NCBI GenBank assembly: GCA_038231455.1
Contig: JBBRLI010000013.1
Coordinates: forward strand, 27,147-91,146
Source: Vulcanimicrobiales bacterium
GTDB lineage: Bacteria > Vulcanimicrobiota > Vulcanimicrobiia > Vulcanimicrobiales > Vulcanimicrobiaceae
Direction of reading: 5' to 3'
Length of the DNA: 64,000 nt
Shown piece by piece: positions 55,253 through 64,000 of this stretch. Made by a program: the position numbers and the translations under genes. The notes beneath the pieces were generated by a model. The model was not told the DNA's origin, made no database searches, and saw only the letters and a program-made list of their open reading frames with translations. Every line of letters begins with the position of its first letter. The stretch's first letter is position 1.

Positions 55253-55333
55253 GCAAGGAGAACTTGCATTCCGCGCCCACAATCCCTCGGCGCATTGCCA
55301 AGGGCTGAGCCTTTCGCGCGCGAACAGGCGCGC

Positions 55334-57025
55334 ATGAGCTACGATCCCAAGGCCCGCAGTGCCGTTATCACGGAGGGCCGCGATCGCGCGGCGGCGCGTG
55401 CGATGTACAAAGCCATCGGTTTCACCGATGATGACTTGCGTAAGCCGATCATTGGGATTGCGAACACGTGGATTGGTACCATGCCGTGCGGATACAATCT
55501 GCGCGGCCTCGCCGAGTTCGTTAAGCAAGGGATTCGCGAAGCCGGCGGCACGCCGATGGAATTCAACACCATCGCCATTAGCGATGGCATCACGATGGGC
55601 ACGGAGGGCATGAAAGCCTCGCTCGTCAGTCGTGAAGTCATTGCGGATTCGATCGAACTTGCCGGTCGCGGGTACATGTTCGATGCGATCGTAGCCCTTG
55701 TTGCCTGCGATAAAACCGGTCCGGGAGCGGCGATGGCGCTCTTGCGCTTGGATGTCCCCTCGCTGATTCTGTACGGCGGCACGATTCTGCCCGGGAAAAA
55801 TCCCGAGGGGATCGACATCACCGTTGGCGATGTTTTCGAGGCGATCGGCGCACATGCGGCCGGGAAGATCGACGATGCGCGCTTGAAGTATATCGAAGAT
55901 CATGCGTGCCCCGGCGCCGGTGCCTGCGGCGGCCAATTCACCGCCAACACGATGGCGACGGTGCTGGAGTTCATCGGCCTCTCGCCGATCGGCAGCGCCT
56001 CACCCGCAGCCACCGATCCGCGCAAAGAAGAACAGGGCGTTCGCGCCGGGCATCTCGTGATGGATCTCTTGCGAGGCGGAATCACCCCGCGTCAACTCTG
56101 CACCCGCGACGCGTTCGAAAACGCGATTGCGGCGGCGGCGGGCACCGGCGGCTCGACCAACAGCGTCTTGCATTTGCTCGCGATGGCGCGCGAAGCGGAC
56201 GTGCCGCTCACGATCGATGACTTCGATACCATCTCATCGCGCACGCCGATTATCGCCGACCTGCGTCCGGGCGGGAAGTACACCGCCGTCGACGTCGATC
56301 GCGCGGGCGGCATTCAACTCATTGCGAAGCGCATGGCGGAAGCCGGACTCATTCATACCGGAGCCCTCTCCTCATCGGGACGCACGATCGGCGAAGAGGT
56401 TGCTAGCGCCGTTGAGACGCCCGGACAAGTCGTCGTCTCGACCGCCGACAAACCGTTCAAAGCGACCGGCGGGCTCGTTATTCTGCGCGGCGACGTCGCT
56501 CCCGATGGTGCGGTCGTGAAAGTCGCGGGCCACGAGCGCTCGCATCACCGAGGCCCGGCGCGCGTATTCGATCGCGAAGAAGATGCGATGACGGCAATCG
56601 ACGCGCGTAAGATCGTCGCGGGCGATGTGGTGGTGATTCGCTACGAAGGACCCCGCGGCGGTCCGGGGATGCGCGAGATGCTCGGCGTGACCGGCGCGAT
56701 TGTCGGTCAAGGCCTTGGTGAATCCGTTGCGCTCATTACCGACGGGCGCTTCAGCGGCGCGACGCGCGGACTCATGATCGGGCATATCGCACCGGAAGCG
56801 GCGCTCGGCGGCCCGATCGGTTCGCTACGCGACGGCGACATCATCACGATCGACATCGATAATCGACGCATCGATGTCGACGTGCCTGCCGCAGAACTCG
56901 CAAAGCGGCGCGCCGCGTGGACGGCGCCGCCGCCCAACTATCGCACCGGTGTTTTTGCAAAATACGCCGCGCTCGTCTCATCGGCATCCGAGGGCGCGAT
57001 CACTCGCGCGATCGGCATCGAGTAA
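55334..57025 (+). CDS. ilvD: Dihydroxy-acid dehydratase
   Basis: [47 protein letters not shown]. Confidence 0.94.
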   Translation: MSYDPKARSAVITEGRDRAAARAMYKAIGFTDDDLRKPIIGIANTWIGTMPCGYNLRGLAEFVKQGIREAGGTPMEFNTIAISDGITMGTEGMKASLVSREVIADSIELAGRGYMFDAIVALVACDKTGPGAAMALLRLDVPSLILYGGTILPGKNPEGIDITVGDVFEAIGAHAAGKIDDARLKYIEDHACPGAGACGGQFTANTMATVLEFIGLSPIGSASPAATDPRKEEQGVRAGHLVMDLLRGGITPRQLCTRDAFENAIAAAAGTGGSTNSVLHLLAMAREADVPLTIDDFDTISSRTPIIADLRPGGKYTAVDVDRAGGIQLIAKRMAEAGLIHTGALSSSGRTIGEEVASAVETPGQVVVSTADKPFKATGGLVILRGDVAPDGAVVKVAGHERSHHRGPARVFDREEDAMTAIDARKIVAGDVVVIRYEGPRGGPGMREMLGVTGAIVGQGLGESVALITDGRFSGATRGLMIGHIAPEAALGGPIGSLRDGDIITIDIDNRRIDVDVPAAELAKRRAAWTAPPPNYRTGVFAKYAALVSSASEGAITRAIGIE

Positions 57026-57031
57026 CCGCCC

Positions 57032-58297
57032 GTGGAACTCCGCTGCAGTGACTGCGGGCGCGCTGCCGAACTTTCTCAGATTGCATGTGCGGTCTGCGGC
57101 GGTCTGCTCGCCTTCCAACTCGGTGCTATCGACGAGGATGCGACGACGATCCGCGCACGCTTGCGCGAGCGTCGCGCCTCAAACGCGCACATCGATCAAA
57201 GCGGCGTCTGGCGCTATCGCGAACTCCTACCGGAAATTCCGCAGAGCGCGATCGTCACGTTGCGCGAAAATATGGCCCCGCTCTACGACGGACCGGCGGG
57301 CGCAGCGTACGCGCAGATCCGAGCGATCACCTATCTGCACTTAGGGATGAATCCGACCGGCTCGTTCAAAGACGCGGGCATGACGCTCGCGGTGTCTCGC
57401 GCCAAAGCGACGGGAGCGCGCGCATGCATCTGTGCGAGTACCGGAAATACGGCAGCCGCGATGGCAGCGTACGGCAAGCGCGCCGGTATCGTGCCGGTCG
57501 TGCTGGTGCCGGCCAAAGGCATCAGCGAATCCAAAGTCGCGCAGACGCTCGATTACGGCGCGACGGTGATCGCGATCGATGGTGACTTCGATGCGGCGCT
57601 CGAAACGGTTCGTCGCCTCGATCCGACGCGTATCGCGATCGTCAATAGCATCAACCCCTACCGCATCGAGGGGCAGAAGACGGCGGCGTTCCAATTACTC
57701 GAAGCCCGCGATTGGCGCGTGCCGGATTGGGTGGTGTTGCCGGGCGGCAACATGGGCAATACGAGTGCCTTCGGCAAGGGCTTCCGTGAAGCGCTCGCGC
57801 TTGGTTTGATCGATCGTCTGCCGCGCCTTGCGGTCGTGCAGGCGAGAGGTGCAGCGCCATTTGCGCGCGTCGTGAACGAAGGCGGCGTGATGATCCCCGT
57901 TGTCGCGAAGACGACTGCAACGGCAATCAAGATCGGCGCTCCGGCCTCGTGGAAGAAGGCGCTCGCGGAGATTCACACCACGCGCGGCACGGCGCTTGCG
58001 GTGAGCGATGAGGAGATCGCGGATGCGAAGGCCATCGTCGGACGCGACGGCATCGGTTGCGAACCGGCATCGGCAGCATCGCTTGCGGGCCTGCGCGTGC
58101 TCCGCGAACACGGCACGATTAACGATGGCGATGACGTCGTGCTCGTGCTCACCGGCCACGTCCTCAAAGATCCGACGTACAGTGCGGAGTATCATGGGTC
58201 GGCCGCGACCTTCGCCAATCGCATCGTACGCGCGCGCGATGAAGCCGATCTGCTCGAACGCATCGATGCCGCAACCGTTGCCGCCGCACACGCGTAA
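57032..58297 (+). CDS. thrC: Threonine synthase
   Basis: N-terminal zinc ribbon, NPTGSFKD, CASTGNT, NSINPYRIEGQKT, PGGNMGN, EPAS. Confidence 0.9.
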   Translation: MELRCSDCGRAAELSQIACAVCGGLLAFQLGAIDEDATTIRARLRERRASNAHIDQSGVWRYRELLPEIPQSAIVTLRENMAPLYDGPAGAAYAQIRAITYLHLGMNPTGSFKDAGMTLAVSRAKATGARACICASTGNTAAAMAAYGKRAGIVPVVLVPAKGISESKVAQTLDYGATVIAIDGDFDAALETVRRLDPTRIAIVNSINPYRIEGQKTAAFQLLEARDWRVPDWVVLPGGNMGNTSAFGKGFREALALGLIDRLPRLAVVQARGAAPFARVVNEGGVMIPVVAKTTATAIKIGAPASWKKALAEIHTTRGTALAVSDEEIADAKAIVGRDGIGCEPASAASLAGLRVLREHGTINDGDDVVLVLTGHVLKDPTYSAEYHGSAATFANRIVRARDEADLLERIDAATVAAAHA

Positions 58298-59189
58298 GCC
58301 GTTTCGCATCTCGGTCCCTGCGTCGAGCGCAAATCTCGGGCCGGGATTCGATACCGCGGGACTCGCTCTCGAACTGCGAATCGTCGCCGATGTTACTCCG
58401 GCAACGGAGACGTCGTGGGAATTCAGTGGCACGTACGCGCCGACGCACGACGGACTGCGCGATGAAATCGCGCGTGGTATCGCGCGCGTTCTTGGAGCAT
58501 CGAACGTGCCGCCCTTGCAGTTGCGGATCGCAAACGAGATTCCGCTCGGCAAAGGGCTGGGTGGAAGTGCCGCGGGCGCGGTGCTCGGCGTTGCGATCGG
58601 CGCTCATCTCGCTGCGGAGCGACCGAGCGACGATCAACTCGCGCAAATCATCACCGAGATCGAAGGCCACCCCGATAACGGATTGCCGGCGTTCTTTGGC
58701 GGAATCGTCGTCGCGGCGCAAACGATCGGCGCGCCGCCATCCTACGTTCGGATCGCACCGCCGGCAAAGATGCGCGCGATCGTGGTAACGCCGCAGATCG
58801 AGATGCCGACCGTCAAAGCCCGAGCGATTTTGCCGACGTCCTATGCCAAGAGCGATACGGTGTTCAACATCCAGCGGGCTGGGCTGCTCGGCGCAGCGCT
58901 CGCAGCGGGTCGGACGGACCTCTTACGGGTCGCGATGGACGATCGTATCCACCAGCCGTACCGGGCCTCGTTCGTACCGGGTCTCGACGCGATGCTCGTG
59001 CACCAGGATCCGGCGCTGCTCGGCGTTGCGCTCTCCGGAGCCGGGCCATCGGTCATCGCGCTCGTCGAAGGCGATGGTCGCGCGATCGGCGAGGCATTCG
59101 TCGCGATTTTCAAAAAGCACGGGGTGGGAAGTCGCGCGTTCGACCTTGCAATTGCAACCGATGGCGTGCGCATTTCGGAGTTGACGTAA
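58266..59189 (+). CDS. thrB: Homoserine kinase
   Basis: VPASSANLGPGFD, IPLGKGLGGSAA, EGHPDN, HQPYR, SGAGPS. Confidence 0.93.
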   Translation: MPQPLPPHTRKPFRISVPASSANLGPGFDTAGLALELRIVADVTPATETSWEFSGTYAPTHDGLRDEIARGIARVLGASNVPPLQLRIANEIPLGKGLGGSAAGAVLGVAIGAHLAAERPSDDQLAQIITEIEGHPDNGLPAFFGGIVVAAQTIGAPPSYVRIAPPAKMRAIVVTPQIEMPTVKARAILPTSYAKSDTVFNIQRAGLLGAALAAGRTDLLRVAMDDRIHQPYRASFVPGLDAMLVHQDPALLGVALSGAGPSVIALVEGDGRAIGEAFVAIFKKHGVGSRAFDLAIATDGVRISELT

Positions 59190-59771
59190 ATGGACGACCG
59201 TCACGGCGCAAAACAGCCTCACCGCTTCGATCCGGCGCGAGCGGCCGCGCTCGATGATGACGCGCGCGAAGTGTGGCTACCGGCGACCGATCTCTTCGCG
59301 CTGCTCGACGCGCCCGAACACGCTCGCGTCCTCGACTTCGGTGCGGGCACGGGACACCTCACCTTCAAGCTCGCCGAACTGCGCAAAGACTTGCACATCT
59401 TCGCTTATGACGAACAAGAGCCGATGCTCGAACGTCTGCGCGAGCGCAAGTCGCTCGTCAATGCGGCCAACGTGGACGTGGTCGATCCGGCGGGATTTGC
59501 CGATTTGCAAGATGTCGACGCGATTCTCGCCGTCAACGTTTTGCACGAACTCGGTGATGAGGCGCTCGAGTCGCTGGTCGAATCACTCGATGCGCGCGGA
59601 ACCGTTCTCATCGCCGATTGGAACGCGATCGAACGTCCCGTGGGACCACCGCGCGATCACGTCTACTCGGTCGATGAGGCGAAGAAGCGCTTAGCGAAAG
59701 CGGGCTTGATCGTGCGTCTCGAGCGCCTTTTTCCGTACCACTACGTGCTGCTTACGAGCCTGTACCGCTAG
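59190..59771 (+). CDS. Class I SAM-dependent methyltransferase
   Basis: VLDFGAGTG, VLHE, GPP. Confidence 0.82.
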   Translation: MDDRHGAKQPHRFDPARAAALDDDAREVWLPATDLFALLDAPEHARVLDFGAGTGHLTFKLAELRKDLHIFAYDEQEPMLERLRERKSLVNAANVDVVDPAGFADLQDVDAILAVNVLHELGDEALESLVESLDARGTVLIADWNAIERPVGPPRDHVYSVDEAKKRLAKAGLIVRLERLFPYHYVLLTSLYR

Positions 59772-60613
59772 AACGGACGGTTCATCGAACGTCCGAGAAG
59801 CTTCATTACTCCGTCCATCGCTCGGTCGGGCAAGACGCGGCGCGCGAAGAGAATCGGCGCAGCAAACGCACCTGCGACGTAGCGCGTCTTGGGGCGACGT
59901 GCGCGGACGGCACGCACGATGGCATTTGCGATTACCGATGGGTCGGACCCGGTCAAGTCACCGCGCACAAGGACGCGTGACCATGCCGTTGCACGCTCGC
60001 CGTATGCCGTCGATCCCGATCGCTCAATGAGGCTGTCGATCGCGATCGTACCCCACTCCGTTTTGATACCACCCGGCTCGATGATTACCACATCAATCCC
60101 GAGCGGTGCAAGTTCAAGTCGAAGGCAGTCGCTGAGGCCTTCGAGTGCAAATTTTGTTGCGTGATACCAACTTCCGAAGGGCTCGTACATCTTGCCGCCC
60201 ATCGAGCTTATGTTGATGATCGTGCCTCGCTTCTGCGCGCGCATAAGTGGTAAGGCGAGCTGCGTGAGGCGCGCCGCACCGAAGAGATTGACTTCGAATT
60301 GTCGACGCGCTTCATCGAGCGGGACGTCTTCGAGCGCACCGTACGAACCGTAACCGGCGTTGTTGATGAGCACGCCAAGACGCCCGCACTCCGTACGGAC
60401 CCGCTCGATTGCAGCCACCATTGCCGCATCGTCCGTCACGTCGCAGGCAATCGTGCGCGCTCCGAGTTCTGCGAGCCCATCCATGCGTTCGACCCGGCGG
60501 GCGGCGGCATATACCGTCGCGCCCGTCGCAAGGAGCGCACGCGTCGTCGCGGCGCCGATACCGGCTGACGCGCCGGTGATGAAGACAACCTTGGGGGAAG
60601 CGTTTTGATGCAT
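59768..60613 (-). CDS. Short-chain dehydrogenase/reductase
   Basis: TGASAGIG, NNAG, SS, YHATK. Confidence 0.9.
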   Translation of the reverse strand: MHQNASPKVVFITGASAGIGAATTRALLATGATVYAAARRVERMDGLAELGARTIACDVTDDAAMVAAIERVRTECGRLGVLINNAGYGSYGALEDVPLDEARRQFEVNLFGAARLTQLALPLMRAQKRGTIINISSMGGKMYEPFGSWYHATKFALEGLSDCLRLELAPLGIDVVIIEPGGIKTEWGTIAIDSLIERSGSTAYGERATAWSRVLVRGDLTGSDPSVIANAIVRAVRARRPKTRYVAGAFAAPILFARRVLPDRAMDGVMKLLGRSMNRPF

Positions 60614-60622
60614 ATCCCGCCA

Positions 60623-60654
60623 ATCGTAGACCATGGACTATCGGCCACAGTCAA
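60623..60654 (-). promoter_or_regulatory. MerR-type long-spacer promoter (TTGACT-N20-TACGAT) with imperfect dyad
   Basis: 20-nt spacer; dyad GACCATGGAC-TATC-GGCCACAGTC; divergent from a MerR gene. Confidence 0.65.
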
Positions 60655-60665
60655 GCGGTCCGCGG

Positions 60666-61055
60666 ATGTTCATCGCTGCCTTCGCCGAGGCAACGGGACT
60701 TACACGCGATACGATCCGATTCTACGTCCGTAAGGGACTCCTGCGACCGACGGTTGGATCCGGCGCGGGCAATCGCTACCGAATCTTCGATGCCGCCGAC
60801 GTCGAGCGTGCGCTCATGATTCGCAGTGGCCAGGCGCTCGGATTTACCTTACGCGAGATCGTCGCGCTTGAAAGGGAAGCGACGACCGAGGGGATGACAT
60901 TTGTGCGTCAGGCCGAGCTGATGCGTGAACGTATTGTTGCAATCGACGAGCAAATCGATTCGCTTGCTAGCGTGCGAGCATATCTTGTAGAAAAAGTCGC
61001 TTGGCTCGATACCGGAGCAATTGGCCCACAGCCGACGCTGCGACGAACCAAGTGA
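60666..61055 (+). CDS. MerR family transcriptional regulator
   Basis: TIRFYVRKGLL, NRYRIF, GFTLREI; alternative start 60633. Confidence 0.88.
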   Translation: MFIAAFAEATGLTRDTIRFYVRKGLLRPTVGSGAGNRYRIFDAADVERALMIRSGQALGFTLREIVALEREATTEGMTFVRQAELMRERIVAIDEQIDSLASVRAYLVEKVAWLDTGAIGPQPTLRRTK

Positions 61056-61095
61056 GCAAGAGGGGCACTGGCTAGGCGCGCGAACGGTGCCGAAT

Positions 61096-61515
61096 ATGGT
61101 GAATGTGAGCGTCGGGTCAGCGGCCGGCATCTGCACCGTGGCGAATTCCGCGTTTTATCGCTACGTGTTGCGTCTAGGCGAAGCCGATCTGACACTCAGC
61201 GCGATCGACCGGGCGCAGCTCGATGTCCTCGCGGCGGTTCCGCACGCCTACACCGATGAAGATTCGACCTCGGGAGACGGCTGGCGGATTGTTCCCGCAG
61301 CATCGTTAGAAGATTGGCCCGTCCTTGAAGCGTCGCCGCAGCGGTTACGCGCGGCTTTTCAAACGGCGCGACGTGTCCTTTGGGCCAACGCCGCACCGGT
61401 CGGAATCACGGCGGTCGAGATTCAGACGGTCGATGCCGATATCGACAAAGTCCTGGGCGTTCTTGGCCGCGCCGAAGCGCTCGGCTATTCCGTCAACGTC
61501 AGCTACGTAAGTTAG
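61096..61515 (+). CDS. Hypothetical protein
   Basis: Only plausible long ORF in the interval; start uncertain. Confidence 0.55.
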   Translation: MVNVSVGSAAGICTVANSAFYRYVLRLGEADLTLSAIDRAQLDVLAAVPHAYTDEDSTSGDGWRIVPAASLEDWPVLEASPQRLRAAFQTARRVLWANAAPVGITAVEIQTVDADIDKVLGVLGRAEALGYSVNVSYVS

Positions 61516-61517
61516 CG

Positions 61518-61991
61518 CTACGCCGCGCGGCGGCGAAAATAACCCGCGAGCGCGAATCCGACGATCGGGATGATTCCGACGGCGGCCCATTCGACGTGCT
61601 GCGGGACCGAGCCGGCTGCCGCCACGACATTGAGCGAAATCGCTCCCGAATCGATCGAAGCGCCCCCGAGCTGCGTGCTCAAGGCAACGGTATATGCACC
61701 CGGTTCGCTGAGGGTCAGCGTGCCGGTGAAGCGGCCGTTGCCGAGCGCGGCGAGTGGAACGCGCACTTTCGCGCCCGATGGCGCCAAGAGAATGGCAGCG
61801 ACGGATTTGATGCGCAATGCGGCGTCCGATTTCACATCGACCGCTACAGGGGCGTTTGCTGAGTAGCGCTCTTGCGTCTGCGCCTGGACCCCGGCCGATG
61901 TCACGGTCAAATTCAAGCTCGCCGGCGTTGATGCCGAGGCGGCGAGCGGGGTGAAGCCAAGAAAGAGCAGGAGTCCGAGCAAGGTTTTCAC
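61518..61991 (-). CDS. Exported Ig-like (FixH/YtkA-like) protein with C-terminal membrane anchor
   Basis: Signal peptide, GRFTGTLTLSEPGAYTV, C-terminal TM followed by RRR. Confidence 0.65.
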   Translation of the reverse strand: MKTLLGLLLFLGFTPLAASASTPASLNLTVTSAGVQAQTQERYSANAPVAVDVKSDAALRIKSVAAILLAPSGAKVRVPLAALGNGRFTGTLTLSEPGAYTVALSTQLGGASIDSGAISLNVVAAAGSVPQHVEWAAVGIIPIVGFALAGYFRRRAA

Positions 61992-62000
61992 CTTCGAACC

Positions 62001-62027
62001 TTACCCGGTGCAATCGCGCAGTAAAAC
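62001..62027 (-). promoter_or_regulatory. SigB/SigF-like promoter GTTT-N17-GGGTAA
   Basis: -10 element ends 9 nt before GTG 61991. Confidence 0.55.
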
Positions 62028-62062
62028 GGATCTCACCCCGATTTCATCCGGGTGTGAGGCGG

Positions 62063-62953
62063 CTACTGACGATTTCCGAAGAGCGAACCGATCACGCCGC
62101 CGATGTTGCTTTGGCCGCCCGCCTGTTGGGCGCCCTCGGCTGCGGGTTCGTGATAGGTCATCGACTGGAGGCCCACCCGGCCCGGGCCGGTGAAGCGATT
62201 CATCATGATCGAGGCGCCGCCGACGAACGCGCCCAGCGCGCCCATCAGCCCGCCGCCGCCGCCGGATTGCAGAACGGAAACCGTGTCCATGCGGACGTTG
62301 GCATCTTTCCAAAGCCAGGCGCCCGGCTCGACGTCGAGCATTTCTCCCGGCGCGAGCGTCTTCTCGAAGACGTTGCCGTAGCCGTGAAGCAGTAAGACGC
62401 CTTCCTCGCGCGCGGTAAAGCGATCGATGAAAAGGCCGGCGCGAGAGAAGAGTACGTTCGCTAGGCCTTGCTGCCAATAAAAATCGTAATCCACGGCGCT
62501 CGACGCGAGTAAAAACTGATGCTCGCGCACGTCGATCGCCTCACCCGGTCGCAAGCGCATCGCAACGACTTGTCCGGGTGCCTCGCGCGAAAACGCGATA
62601 TTGCCCGGGCCCTGCGCCGTTGAAATGAAGATCTGTAGACCGGAGAAGAAGCGCTTCGCCGCGTTTTGCAAACCGAGAAAACCAAGTGTGACGTTCGGCT
62701 GTTTCCACAGCAAAATATGGTGTTCGAAATACACGGTTTGACGCGAACCAAGCTCGACATCGACGACCGGAACGAGCTCGCCTTTAACGACAATGGTCAT
62801 GTCGCCGATCGTGATCGGGGCTTTCGGATTGTCGGATTCCGGAACCGGTTCGGTATAGGAGCCAACGGAGGTTGCCTGGGGTGCGGGTGCTCCGCAACTC
62901 GCGCAAAATTTTGCGCCGGGCAAAAGCGGCGTCTGGCACGACGGACAGTTCAC
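62063..62953 (-). CDS. Zinc-ribbon + AIM24 (DUF124) protein
   Basis: CPSC...FCASCG, GPGNIAF, GYGNVFE, FTGPGRVGLQS. Confidence 0.8.
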   Translation of the reverse strand: MNCPSCQTPLLPGAKFCASCGAPAPQATSVGSYTEPVPESDNPKAPITIGDMTIVVKGELVPVVDVELGSRQTVYFEHHILLWKQPNVTLGFLGLQNAAKRFFSGLQIFISTAQGPGNIAFSREAPGQVVAMRLRPGEAIDVREHQFLLASSAVDYDFYWQQGLANVLFSRAGLFIDRFTAREEGVLLLHGYGNVFEKTLAPGEMLDVEPGAWLWKDANVRMDTVSVLQSGGGGGLMGALGAFVGGASIMMNRFTGPGRVGLQSMTYHEPAAEGAQQAGGQSNIGGVIGSLFGNRQ

Positions 62954-63013
62954 GGTAATCTCCTAATCGCGGCGTCGACGGGGCCGGGTTTTTCAGACGA
63001 CATTCGCAAGCCC

Positions 63014-63430
63014 CTATGCGGTGCCTTGCACGATGCCGGGGCGCCGCCGTTTACGCGCGTCGTACCGACGCTGCGAGCAAATAAAATCGTGGATATTTGC
63101 CTCGATCCACCCGATGAGCGCGTTCACACGCGCAGCGCATTCGATCCCAAGGGGTGTGAGCGCGTAGACCACATGCGGGGGCACGACCGGGTAACTCGTG
63201 CGCAAGAGAAATCCGTCGCGCTCGAGTTCGCGGAGCGTCTGCGCGAGCATCTTCTCGGAAATGCCGCCGATTGCGGCGCGAAGTTCGGAATAGCGCCGCT
63301 CGCCGCCGGTGAGTTGGCGCAGGATCAAACCGGACCAGCGACTCCCAAGATGGTCGATGACCGCTCGTGAAACGCAGGTCGGCAAATCGGCATTGCCGAC
63401 AGAGAGCGGGGGATCGGGGAGAGAAATCAT
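63014..63430 (-). CDS. HxlR-family winged helix regulator
   Basis: RWS, RYSEL, ISEKMLAQTLRELERDG, VPPHVVYALT. Confidence 0.9.
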   Translation of the reverse strand: MISLPDPPLSVGNADLPTCVSRAVIDHLGSRWSGLILRQLTGGERRYSELRAAIGGISEKMLAQTLRELERDGFLLRTSYPVVPPHVVYALTPLGIECAARVNALIGWIEANIHDFICSQRRYDARKRRRPGIVQGTA

Positions 63431-63488
63431 GCTAACTAACTCCTAGGTGCGTACTTCCCAACAGTTAGTATACACGGTAGAGTGCGGT

Positions 63489-63944
63489 ATGCGCTATAAC
63501 AAACTCGGTTCGACCGGCCTTTTTGTCTCAGAGCTCTGCTTTGGCACGATGACCTTTGGTGGCGAAGGTGCCTTTCAGGCGATTGGCCAGGTGCAGCAAA
63601 GCGAGGCGGACGCGCTGATCGCCCGAGCGGTTACCGCTGGCGTGAACTTTATCGATACCGCCGACACGTATTCGGCTGGTCTCTCCGAACGTATCACCGG
63701 CCAAAGTCTGAAGAATCTTGGAATCAAACGCGATGAAATCGTCATCGCGACCAAAGTGTTCGGTGACATGGTCACGGGGCCAAATGCGCGTGGCTCGTCA
63801 CGCAGTCATCTTCTCGATGCTGCAAAAGCGAGTCTTGGCCGACTGCAGCTCGATCATATCGACGGAGCTGAAGACAATCGGCAAAGTGTCTGTTGTGTCG
63901 CGTACGTACTCCATTCGCTGCGATGCCGAAGTCACGCCAATTGA
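63489..63944 (+). pseudogene. Aldo/keto reductase truncated after ~125 aa
   Basis: LCFGTMTFG, FIDTADTY, IATKV, SLGRLQLDHID, then an unrelated tail and stop instead of the expected LYQIH; full-length AKRs are much longer. Confidence 0.75.
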
Positions 63945-64000
63945 AGGCGCGGTGCATCTCTTTATCGAGCCACTCCGAGATCCAAAAAACAATCGGTTAC

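Noticed and set aside
55253-55333. Leader peptide upstream of ilvD-thrC-thrB
   Set aside because: The 81-nt divergent gap has no Thr/Ile/Val-rich sORF and no U-tailed hairpin
53984-57025. Long N-terminal extensions in the ORF track making the LarA-like gene and ilvD overlap
   Set aside because: Family motifs begin at ATG 55252 and ATG 55334, giving an ordinary divergent pair

Overview
A GC-rich bacterial chromosomal window of mostly housekeeping genes, with no intact mobile element or cas gene. A Csu-type usher and pilin (implying a diderm envelope), a Firmicutes-style cdaA-cdaR-glmM operon, PAS/GAF-SpoIIE-HATPase fusions and orphan NitT/TauT binding proteins occur together. This suggests a Terrabacteria diderm such as Vulcanimicrobiota/Eremiobacterota (inference only). 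The main discovery is four short leader-peptide attenuators within 1.6-11.5 kb, all below the ORF-track size cutoff and each matched to the pathway downstream. They are a Trp/Phe/Tyr leader before DAHP synthase, a Leu/Val/Ile leader before ilvC, an operon-internal Leu leader coupled to the ilvN stop before leuA, and a Met/Thr/Cys leader before metY. The last three lie in series along one minus-strand gene run, and the controlled DAHP synthase and LeuA lack their usual allosteric domains. Other observations: a c-di-AMP riboswitch beside the c-di-AMP synthase operon, a symmetric bidirectional leaderless promoter (rsgA / cdaA operon), three genes that appear to need non-canonical start codons, SigB/SigF-like promoters near a partner-switching module, and a PcaV-like MarR aromatic catabolic cluster with paired operators. 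Also noted: an M56-ExbD fusion, a tandem-hairpin trailer behind tRNA-Gln, and a truncated aldo/keto reductase at the right edge.
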